Assembly: GCF_000143415.4 (NCBI RefSeq)
Contig: NW_003314317.1
Coordinates: 664,296 to 728,295 of the forward strand
Length of the DNA: 64,000 bases
DNA from: Selaginella moellendorffii
Lineage: Eukaryota > Plantae > Lycopodiophyta
Direction of reading: 5' to 3'
Numbering within the stretch: position 1 is the stretch's first letter; each line of letters opens with the position of its first letter. Both the position numbers and the translations under genes were made by a program. Below are positions 26,052 to 37,600 of the stretch, in pieces. The notes beneath the pieces were generated by a model, which saw only the letters and a list, made by a program, of their open reading frames with translations, did not search any database and had not been told where the DNA came from.

Positions 26052-27186
26052 TGTAAGCCATAAATTTTTCCTTTCCAATTTGCCAGCTTACCTCATCTAT
26101 CTGACCAACACTACCTTGGTTTTTGCTAAGTTCCCTTGCCAAGGTTCCTGCCTATTGTATTAGTTCTTACTTGGTCCTACTTGGTTTCAGCTACTCACTG
26201 TATGGGCAACGGAGCGTTAGCTATCCATCCACGGATTCCCAAATCTCTCCCAATCCCCCTCCCCGGGTTAGACTGGACTTAAAGTTCGGTTACACTCCCT
26301 GCAAGCACAAGTAGCGAAATACACCAAGCCTCCAGGTTCGTAACATCCCATGGTACAACAAGACTTGATCATAGGACCCTCTAAATCCTAAGCCTTGGGT
26401 GCAACACTTGCTTCGGGACACCAGGGCGAAACACTGTGGCCTAATGACCTGATATGGGTACCTCTACCCCCCCACTTCTATCCCGAAGGGAAGGCCCAAA
26501 CCCCTAGGAAGGGCGAGGACCAATGAGCCACAAGGTACTCAAGTGGGGCACCACTCCACATGAGCTAGGAGAACCACAGTCGGTTTCCCATTCGGGAGTG
26601 GGAGCTGCTCTTGAGCACTTCCTTGGGTGGCCCCTCTGGCACCACCGAGTCCATGCTCACTCCCACCCAAGGCCCCTCGGCCCCAGTCTCAACCTCAAGT
26701 CAGTTTGGAAGCATCACTGAAGAGTTCCTTCAAGACTGGTTCCTGGACCTCACTATCCCTACTATACTTTTGGAACCCCCTGCAGCCCCCCCCCCCCCCG
26801 GGAGACGCACGCTTTGGGCTTTCACCCCTTGACCTATATTAATACTCGAACTCGGTCTCGGAATCGATCTCAAACTCGATCTTGGACCCAACTTCGGACT
26901 CGGTTTTAGACTCGATCTCGGACCCGATCTTGGATCCGATCTCGGACTCAACTTCGGACTCGATCTCGGACTCGGTCTCAGACCCGATTTGGATCTCGGA
27001 CTCTGTCTCGAACTCGGTCTCTGATTCGGCCTCGGACTCAATCCCGGACTCTATCTCGAACTCGGTCGCAAAGTTGGTTTTGGACTCGATCTTCGACTCG
27101 GTCCCATCCGATGAATTCTTTGTCATTTTGGTCATGCTTTTGGGGATCCTTTAGCCTACGACACCTTGGCAAGTTGGTTCCTTACA
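26052..27186 (-). repeat. 5' LTR of element A
   Basis: Adjacent to the Met-PBS; near-identical to 19684-20827. Confidence 0.93.
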
Positions 27187-28167
27187 CCTATTTGCCACTC
27201 ATAGCAAACCCATGGGAGGTTTACTTTCACCCACAATAGATGGAACAACTCATAGAACCACTGATACGCTAACATTAATATTGCGAACTCAAAGTGTGAC
27301 CTTGAGTTGCTAATGTGCCTCACTCACGAGCCCAAGCGTAAACCCATGTAAACGGAATATCTTACATCCATCCTATGAGCCCAAGAGCAAGCTCACATTA
27401 TTACAATACAAAAAGGTAACCAAATCCAAATAACGAATGCAAAGCCTTTACACCAAAACGTGTACCCACTCGGATCATTGTTTTCATCTTTGCGTATGCA
27501 ACGAGACTAGATGCCCAATCTTATTGGATAGTACTCGCCAAGACTCATTCTTTGATACAAAAATGTAGCACACTTGGTTTTTACCCTTTATCCTATGGTG
27601 ATTTACCATAGGATAACTATGAAACAGAATCTAAAACCTTCATGTGCCACGTGTCACATGCCACATGACATATGCCACGTGTCCAAAGGATGGTGTGGAA
27701 CCTGAGTTTCAGGGCCTTGGGCCACTGAATGAAGGAACGGTGCCAAACTCCTAAGCATGGAGCCAAGGAGTGATGGAATTGGACCACAAAGCAACTCTCA
27801 AACATATAGCCTAAAGAGCGAAAGGACATGAGCACGGAGTGACTTGGAACAGTCCTAAAGCAACTAACATCCCAATGCCAGAACCAACACGCAAAACGGA
27901 GCTAAATGAAGTCTACCACTATTTCAGCATACCTGTGGCCTAATGCGAGGATATGGGTACTCCACCAGCTAGCATAGTGTGGAGCTTGGGCTTAGACTCA
28001 AGCCGGATGCAAAACAAGGACAGGCACATGCCCGACCTACCCACTATCCTTACTATACATTTGGAACCCCCCCCCCCCCCGCCTCCTGAGGAACACACGC
28101 TTTGGGCTTTCACCACAAGCCACCCTTAGTATCAGGAGTTAGTCTTTGGGACAAGCTCGAAACTTAC

Positions 28168-31155
28168 TATCAAGACCAAGATCAGGACTGGAAAATGTAG
28201 AAGACAAAGAGAAAAGTTAGTGGAAACGAGGAAAAGCCTTGGACTAGCGTTAATTTAGATTGTGGAGAAATGGAACAAAGCTAACTTATATATACTATAG
28301 GTTGATGAAGCTCCATCACTCTTGGATCGAGGATGGCCTAAATATAGCTGAGGTCAAGGAGACACCACGTCATCATTAGGAATGTGGCTCGAGACTTAGA
28401 AATTGTACAAGAAATCAGAGAGTCAAGAATAGGGAAGTGTCTCGAGAGTCAGAAATAGGGAAGTGTCTCAAGAGTCAAGAATGTGGTCTGTGGGTCAGGA
28501 ATCTGGAGAGAGTCAGGAATGTGGCAAGAATTGGGGGATTCCTGACAGCACCCCCTCCTCAAGAACGAATGGAACAAGGACGATGAGAACGAAGAGGAGT
28601 ATGAGATGGGTGGCGAGGGATGGAAGATGGAGAATGAAAAGAATGAGGACTAAGATGAGAAGGATAGCGGCGGTGGAAGTCTTGAACAAGGTCAGGAGAA
28701 TGAATCAGGTTGTCCACAGGTTCACAAGTGCATTCCTCAGGTCCGTAACCCTTCCAATCTACCAAATAGTAGAGTTTAGACCGTGAGATCTTGGAATCAA
28801 AGATGTCTTGAACCTTGTACTCAGACCCATCCTCGAGCTGCACTGGTGGAGGCGGAGGAATGACCTGATTTGGAATAGGACTGGGAATATAAAGCACAAG
28901 GAGAGAGGAGTGAAAAACGGGGTGAATTTGATATGAGGAAGGAAGTACAAGGTGATAAGTGACAGGATTAATGATGGTAGTGATAGCGAAAGGGCTGAGG
29001 CATTTGAAATTGACTTTGGGACATGGCCTGGTGGTGGAGATATTTCACCTGAGGAGCCAGACTTTATCCCCAATATTGTAAGTGGGACAATCCTGATGAT
29101 GGACATTGGCAAATGTTTTGTGAGATTCCTGAGCATGATGGAGGTTGAAGGAGATGGAGTTGTGGATTTCCTGGAGGTTGGAGACAAATGCCTCAGAGCG
29201 GGGATTTAAACAAGAGGATTTGGATGGAGAAGGAAGTGAGAGATTGAATTGAGGATTTCAGCCAGAGTTTGCAAAGAAGGGGGATACTCGAAGGGAGGAG
29301 TGAACAGAGTTGTTTTAGGAGAACTCAGCAAGGGGAAGGATATTGAACCAGTCATCCTGATGATAGTTGATGAAGCACCTTAAGAATTGTTCAAACATCT
29401 GAATCATTTGCTCGAACTGTTCATCAGTTTGAGGATGATACGCCGAAGAGAGGTTGGCCTTCACTCCAAGTAGCTGCAAGAACCGTTGCCAGAAATGAGA
29501 GATGAACTGAGGTCGCCGATCCGAAACCATATCTGCAGGAATCCCATGAAGTTGAAAATTTCCCTGATACCAGTTTTGTCATGTCCTCGCCCGAAAACTC
29601 CTTGGTACATAGCAGGAAGTGCGCCATCATTGTGAAGCGATCTAGCATGACTAAAATGCTGTTGAAGCCTCCAGAACTCGAAAGACCACTCAAGAAATCC
29701 ATGGAGATGGATTCCCAAAGACCTGAAGGGACCGGGAGGGAATGAAGCAAACTTGAAGGAAGGTGGCGAGGTACCTTATTCCAGGCGCAAATGTCACAGG
29801 AGGTAACAAAAGATTTGATGTAATCGTCCATGTGAGGCAACCAAAAGTCCCGTGCAACCAACTTATAGGTTTTCGCAATGCCAAAGTGACCAGCAGTTGA
29901 GCTATCGTGGCACGCCATCAGGACCAACCTTTGAGCATAACCTTCAGGAACATAAAGCTGCTCCCCATGGTACATCAAGCCATCTAAGAACTCAAACTCG
30001 TCAAATCACTGGTAGTCGGGAGTCACTAGGTGTCTAGTCTGAAGATGGGGGAAAATGCACTGGCAAGGTCGTCAGATTGAAGATCGTTTCTGATCGCATC
30101 CATCAAGGAGGAGTCCTGAGGGGCTAGGGAAATTGCCATAACTTGAAGCCAATCAAAACCGAGGATAACCTGATCCTATTGATCGAAGGCAGAATTACCA
30201 GGCCTGAGATTGAGATAGGAGCGCCTTGAAAGAGCATCAGGAAGGCCTTGAAGCTTTTCAGGTCTGTACTTGATAACAAAGTCAAACCAACTCAGGAATT
30301 GTGCCCACCTTGTTTGACAATGGCTCAAAACTCGGGAAGTGGCAAAGTACTCAAGATTTTTGTGATCCATCTAGACCATTGTTTGATGGCTCGCCCCCTC
30401 CAAGAAACAATGCCACTCTCCAAAGGAATCTACAATGGCAAGGAGCTCCTTGTTGTGGATTTCATAATTGATCTCCGCAGGCTGGAATTTCCAAGAATGG
30501 AAAGCGACCGGATGAAATTTCTGATCAACTCTGAGTTGAGACAGCACAGCACTGATGGCAAAGTTGGAGGTGTCTGCCTCGATGAAGAAAGGTTGTGAAG
30601 GATCAGTGTGGATCAAGATAGGAGCAGAACTAAAGGCCACCTTGAGTGTGTCGAAGGCCTGCTAGGCAACAGCAAACCAAGAGAAAGGAACATCCTTATG
30701 AGTGAGATGTGTGAGAGGAAGGACAATGTTAGAGTAGTGATCAATGAATTTGCGGTAAAAGTTGGCAAGCCAAGGAAAACCTGAACATCCAACATTGATT
30801 GTGGAGGCTCCCATTCAAGAATAGTCTTGACTTTGGCACGATCCATCGTGATACCCTCAGGAGTGACAATGTACCCAAGGAACTCCACAGACTCCTGATT
30901 GAAGGAACATTTTTTAAACTTCGCGTATAGGCCGTATTCCTGTAGCTTTGCCAGCACCTTGCGCACATGTTTGTCGTGCTCCTCCTGAGTTTTTGATTAG
31001 ATGAGGATGTTGTCGAGGTAGACGATCACCATCTGGTCAAGAAACTCCCAAAAGACGTCGTTTGCCATGTATTGGAAAACTACTAGAGCATTTGTCAAGC
31101 CAAATAGCATGATAGTGTACTTGAAGTGGCCATAGCGGGTTCAGAACATAGTCTT
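28168..31155 (-). mobile_element. 5'-truncated Tcn1-like Ty3/Gypsy chromovirus (family B): 3' LTR 28168-28547, PPT, decayed RT/RNase H/integrase/chromodomain
   Basis: LTR matches 49388-49788 and 54451-54851. PPT 28548-28560. ORF fragments include EYKVQDIFDSK..YYLVDWKGYGPEE, GHFGIAKT and IEADTSNFAISA. Confidence 0.88.
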
Positions 31156-33336
31156 TCATTCATCACCACTGGATAGTCTAGGATTGTTCCAAGTCGCTCC
31201 GGGCTCTTGTCCCTTCGCTCCTTGGGCTGTATGCTCGGGAGTTGCTCCCTGGATTGGTTCCATCACTCCTTGGCTCCATGCTTGGGAGTTTATTGCCATT
31301 CCTTCGTTCAGTGGCCCAAGGCCTTGAACCTCAGGTTCCACACCACTGTCCTTTGGACACGTGGTATATGACATGTGGCATGTGTCATGTGGCATAAAGA
31401 GGTTTTAGGTTCTGCTTCATGGTGTTATCCTATGGTAAATCACTATAAGATAAAGGGTAAAAACCACGTGCGTTACATCTGGTATCAGAGAATACGTCTC
31501 AGTGAGAACTATACAATGAGATTGAGCAACTAGTCTCATTGCATACACAGAGCTGAAAACAATGATCCAAGTGGGTTTAGGTGCAAAAGCTTTGCAATTG
31601 TTCCTTGGGTATTGATTTGGTTACCTTTTTATATCATAATAACGTGAGTTTGTGCTTGGGCTTGTGAGTGAGGCACATTAGCAACTCAAGGTCACACTTT
31701 GAGTTGGCAGAATTAATAATAGCCTATCAGTGGTTCCATGAGTTGTTTCATGTACCATAAGTAAAAGTAAACCTTCCCTAGGTTTGCTATAAGTTGCAAA
31801 CCGTAATTGTTTAGCACGGCACTAATGGATCCTTCCTAGGCATGATTACAAGTGGATCAATCAAGACTATAGGGATAAGCCTATTGATTCAAGTAATTAT
31901 TGCTGTGCTCTCTCATAAACGTTTTTTGGATTGAACTGAAGGCAGTGTGAAAGCAAGCTTGAGGTATGGTCAAAGATGAGACCGAAAAAAAAGTCGTTGG
32001 GGATGAAAGATCAAACATGTAAATCATTTTCTCTTCTAGAAGAAATGATTTGCAACGAGGTGTTAACTCATTGCTCATGTTCACATTATGCAATCAAGAG
32101 TTCCTACCTTGATGCGTGTTGGAAATGATGATCTTACAAATTGTAAATTGTGGGATGGATAGCAGTGAAGTGTTATACCATTTTGTCTAGGTTTGCTATT
32201 GGAAGACTTGGGTTGCAATGCTCAATTCTTTTCCGGGGAACCTTGCTATTGCTTCTTGAGTAGCTTAGTGTTAAATTAGTTTTGAGTTTGGTTGGAAAGG
32301 AAGTGGCATGAGCTTGTCTGTGTTGTGAACAAAAGTTAGTGGTGTTGAGTGTTGTAAATCTTTATCAGTGAAGTGTGGCATTTATGTTATATTTTGTCGA
32401 ATTGAATTGACACTTGATACTCACATAAACCTTTGTAGTAGTGACATAGGCATTGCTCATAGTGTTGCTTGATTGATGATCAAGTTATTGTGATACTTAT
32501 ATCATATTCATGTGATAATAAGTAATGTGTTTATGAAGTTGTTTGGTTAAACGATGATCAACCCTAAAGTGGTTGATGGTGATCCTAGTCTACTTGCAAG
32601 TAGTAGCATTGTAGTAGCTTTGACTGGATTCTTAATGATGATTCATTATGCTAAATTTAAGTTGGTATTTTGTTTTATAAGAGTTTGCCTATGCATTGTT
32701 AAGAAAGGGTTATAGCATTCACTTGCTATGGCTTGTTGGTTTATCCGTTAGCACTTGGAGTAAATTGTTAGATGGAGAAGGTGTATAGTTGAGGCATTGA
32801 TATCACTAACACTTGTGTTAGTGGAAATGACATTGTTATTTTGAGTGATGAGGAATTTTCCTTAAAACTTGGTTTTCCATGTCATTTTTCTTGTTAGTGT
32901 TTGGGCTTCACATTGGATTTTCAAAGTGATTGAAGAAGAGTGTTAGTGCAATGTGGATATCTAAAGATATGGTCTTTGTGATCAAGCCTTGGATGTTCAT
33001 TTTGCATTTTACAAATGTCGGTATTGGATGTTGGAAGTATAGGCAAAAAGATATTCAAGGCATACTATGGGTCATGAGAATGTGTGTTGAGGTGAACCTA
33101 TGTGAAGTTGTTGGTAGAAAGAAGTTGGTTGAGTCTTGAAAGTTTGTATTCTTAAACTAAAAGTTATTCTTTCTCTAAGATGGAAAATTTTCCACAAATT
33201 TTCTTAGGCTTTTTTTATGGTTGATCTGTTGATCACTTTGTCTGAAAACCATTTCGTTTTTATAAGCCAGTACAAACTAATAAAGGGGTTGGAGTTGACT
33301 TTGGTTAGCTTAGACCTTAGTAGGTAGTTTGTATGA

Positions 33337-33360
33337 AAGCTCTATTTCGTTAAAGTGGGA
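33337..33360 (+). repeat. Left terminal inverted repeat
   Basis: Exact reverse complement of 46101-46124; recurs with one mismatch at 57849. Confidence 0.95.
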
Positions 33361-33767
33361 ATTGTCATTATCCCACTTGTAAAATAAGGTTTCCAAACCT
33401 TTATATAGTATATAAATATAACAAAATTCAACTGCATTGAGGCACATGCCATTTTATTTTAAACAAGGAAATGTCTACTCAATCACTTCTCACTGCTTCA
33501 CCTCTCTCTTCTCCTTGTCATCGTCGTCCAATTTCTTTCCATCCTTTTAATATTGGCTCAGTTGCTCCGAGTCTAGGTGGAGCCCAAGTCCCCATTCAAT
33601 CTTTACTTTCCCCTTATTAATAAAACAACTTCGTAGACTTCCAATAACATGCTGTAACACTTCTAGTATAATGCAAATCCTCTCAAAGAATTGTCTTTTA
33701 ATATTAATACAATGGCATGGAACCCCATGCCATAATAAGTTACATTTTTAAATAAATACATGCCATC

Positions 33768-34630
33768 TCAGACTGTTATTTTTTGCCTCCAACGCCTATA
33801 CAATAATCTTGGAATTTCATCACTCTCCACACTATCAGGATTTAAACCCAATAGTAATGCCATCTCTTCTCTAATACGTCCACGCTCATGTTCAGTGGTC
33901 GAAGAACCCATCCGGTTGAGCAGATTATGGAGATGCGGATAGTGCTTGGCTAGACAATATACATGCCATAAATGATGACTGGTGTCTGTCCGATCAAATG
34001 GCTTCTGATATACCGTTTCATCTGCCATTTGGTTGATTTCTGCAGCCACCTCCTGGACTGGCCGGTTCTCTATCACCATCGCTTCAAGCCGTTTTGCAAG
34101 GTCCCCCAGAACATACGGTTTCTTCTCCCTAGTTTCCATACTGCAAGAGATGGGGTGCACTGCATATGTGTGCGTGTTCGCTGCAGTTTTAATCGGCGAG
34201 TCATCGATGATGAGGATTTCACTTGACCTAGCAGTCCGGTTCATCACTACAACCTCTGCCTTAACGAAGATGGGCTTGCTACCCCTCACATGGACCATAG
34301 TCAAGCAATCCTCCTGCGTTAGGAGAAAGTCAAATGGTAATATTACTCGCGTCTGATCGTGCATCATCTGTAGCAACGTTAATGCATTGTGGCGCATCAT
34401 GGATGTCCAAACTCCCAATTGCAAATTGAACCCGGCCCTCTGTTTTAAGTGTCGCATGGTCATTATTAGATCCCGCAGTTTCTCCCGTGTGATTAATGTG
34501 AATCTGTCTCTTTTGACCAACTTGCGACCGCAGGCTTTGGAGGGTGCAGTGACATTCGAGGACGAGCCACGCTCATGGGAGAAAAGGACACCGTTCAGAT
34601 CAAAAACGATATAGTACTTTCGCCGTGACT
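33768..34630 (-). CDS. Last exon: FCP1/NIF-family (HAD superfamily) phosphatase-like domain
   Basis: Motif I variant IVFDLNGVL, then GVWTS, FLLTQEDC, KPIFVK, and motif IV ILIIDDSPIK. Confidence 0.82.
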
Positions 34631-37600
34631 CTGAAATGAAATGCGTTAGCATAAAAAATGGTACAAGTCAATTTTACCATCTACAATATTAGCGAATGGT
34701 GCTCCCGATGGTCGTTCAGAGGGTTTTGGTCGAGGAAACGTGAAGGGCGGAAATACTCTCCTCTGCAATGTGGGGTCAATCGCATCCGATGGCGTGTGGG
34801 CACATGCCATTTCAGCTGTAGACTCTGGTACAACTGGCTCAACAGTGGCATGGGGTGGTTCCGATGGCGTGTGATCACACGCCATTTCAGCTGGTGCCTC
34901 CGTTGGCAAAGTGGACATGACCGAACAGGCAGCAGGGGCGGTGTAGGGAGGTTCCAACGGCGCGTAGTCAGACGATTGGGCACACGTTGGAAATGAGGAT
35001 ACGACCGGCTCGGCGGTTGGGGCGGCCTCATGCGGGTCCAATGGCGCCTGGTCACCGTCAGTTGGATACGTGGACAAGATTGACTCAGTGGTATGGGCAG
35101 CATCAAGTGGAGCGTGGTCAGCTTGCTTGGCGTTGATATGGATAGTAGCCTCCACCAGCTCTGATGACTCTTGCAGGCAAGTAGAGTCCACTGGCGGATT
35201 CATATGCATGTCCAAATATCTCCCTTCGATTGAGATGGTATCCTCCCTACTGGCTACTAAAAACAAACTCATTAGCACATTGAATCGACTATACTGTATT
35301 TACCATCAACTGCTATTGAGGAACTAGGACCGATATCACTTGGGCGCACTGCTGATTCTGAAGGATTGGACATACGTTTCGACCCTTGCTTGGCACTATC
35401 CTTCCTCGACACTAAAGGCTAGAGTTTGTATCTTAATTCAACTGAATAATCTCTACTTACCATTTCTTCTGCGACCTACATGGACAATGTTAGAAATGGT
35501 AAAAGGTTAGGAATGGATGTACTATTATTTACCTGATGGTTTGTCTTGTATGACCTTCCTCCGCTGCTCTTTGGCCACCTCAGGCTGGCCATCATCGTCA
35601 TCATCGTCATCGTCGTTATTGTGATCGTCACCATTGTGAGGACCATCCAAGTCCTCTTCGTCCTCCTCTTCTTCGTCCTCCTCTTCTTCGTCCTCCTCTT
35701 CTTTGTCCTCCTCTTCGTCCTTCTGCTCTTCCTGCTCATTATCTTTCTCTGGCTCCTCATCCCCCTCTTGCATTTCTTCCATAGGCTGCTCAGGCTGGAT
35801 TGCTTGTTTTTCCAGGACCATCTTGGAAAAATCATCTGGCCGAGTCTCCATCTCAAAATACAAGACATCCATAGCCTGTTTTAGTGCGTGACCTAGGACC
35901 GTATCCTCACCCGACTGTCTTAACATGGTTTCTGCACGTTCTTGCACCCTTCGAAGACGACGAGATGAGAAAAACGTGGCCCTGACTTGAAAAGCATCCC
36001 TCATCCATTGTACCTCTCCATTGAGATTGGGGAAGGGGAGTCCGCCATAGGAATCTGAGTCAGAAGGTGGTGACTGGCTCCTTTCACTCAGCCCTTGATC
36101 TGCAATGAATGGCATGAGCACACACGCCATAACCGCGAGGCATTACCTATCATCTTTTCGTTGCCCTTCTTCCTTTTCGAATCAAACGCCTCTGATCCCA
36201 ACGACTGTCCAACGTGCTTTCGCTTTTTATGACCACTGTCAGTTTGAGCTTGGCTGGTGCTTGCCTGTTTTGCCTTTGAAGAAGTGTCTCCTGCAAGGAA
36301 TGGCATGAGACCACACGCCATTGCAAATATAATTTGTACCTCCTTTTTTCCTATTGCTTGTCTGTTTGTCCTTCTTCGACGTGCCACCAGTGCGCTTTTC
36401 AGTCCTCGTGTCTGAATATTCACAACGATCTATAATCAAAATGGCGTGAGGCCTCACGTGACCTTACCTTGTGCAGGTTGTGACCTCGGCCTAACATCAG
36501 TAGCTGTTAACGCCGTTTCAGCATCTGGGGGTGGCCACGCTCCTGCATACAGAGCTTGTGAGATAACATTTAAACTTAAAGTGCGTACTCACCAGGTTCG
36601 TAGAGAAGATACTATTTTTCTTTGGCAACTGTAATTATATGCTCCATTGAAGTCACCTCTTCAATGGAGTTTGTCACCGCAACACACGGGACACCCTTGA
36701 GTAGTGCGGCTCGAAAGAATAGTCCGCCGCAGTTGTACTCAACAACGCATTTGCCCTTGGAGTCACCCGCTATTGTGTTGAAGACCCAGCTGAGCATTTC
36801 CCATGCTGCACCTGGAGCTTTCTTTGGATTCGAAAGCTCCATAGCCGTCTTCAGTTCCTCAGGCACGGGTAAATTGACCTCCCTCAGATCAATTCGATCG
36901 GCTTTGTTGAACGAAGCTGGGAAGTCACTCCAGTCCCACTCTGCTGCAGGACCAATAACAAGGGCGAGTGTGAAGATGCGGACATTCGTCGGTATCTTCT
37001 TCTTAGCCATTATCCCATGGATCTCCCGCATCTCCTTGCCTTTCAACCGAGCCTTCACCTCGTTCAAGGCCTTCCAGAACTTGTGATAGGATTCGGAGTC
37101 GTAGATCATATAGTGGACTGAAGATTCCACCTCCGCAAGTCCCACCATTAAGTCAATGATGGAGCTGACTTCGTCTGCATGAGTGATCTCCTCGTTTGTG
37201 AAGTCCATCACACAAAAGATGTTCTTGACCTGCTCATCTCCGCGGGAAACGATGCTCCTCCACCTTTGATCCTCATCTGAATTCACGTATACCCGGTAAG
37301 GTTCTCGATAGGCCTCTGCTGCGGGGTCGAGCTGTTTCTGAAGCCGGCGGTCGACATCCCTCTTAATGAAATTTGGATACTGATCCAACTTCTCAGCTTT
37401 ACTTTTCGTGGCATCCCGCAGCAGATCGATGAACTTGGGGGCCCCCTTCACGTACTCGTCGATGTCTTCATTTGACAAGTCCAGCTCTTCCATCATCTCT
37501 TGCGTGGTGTCGATGCTCACCCTCGCCACGGCCACTTGCTCGAAGATCCAATCCTTCAATAGCGCACGAGCTCTCAGAGTCGTGCACAAGTCCTCGTATG

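Larger units (their letters stand above)
19684..27186 (-). mobile_element. Full-length Ty3/Gypsy chromovirus LTR retrotransposon (element A), degenerate
   Basis: LTRs 19684-20827 and 26052-27186 (TG...CA). TSD TCTAT/CCTAT, with an empty site at about 3010-3030. PBS TGGTATCGGAGCC at 26036-26048 (minus). PPT at 20828-20843. Confidence 0.95.
10716..28167 (-). mobile_element. Large family-H LTR element (non-coding/decayed), with a chromovirus nested inside and its 5' LTR interrupted at 28168
   Basis: 3' LTR 10716-11804 next to PPT (ctctccccccctt, 11805-11817). 5' LTR from 27564 next to a degenerate Met-PBS (ttctttgataca). No intact gag/pol in between. Confidence 0.65.
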
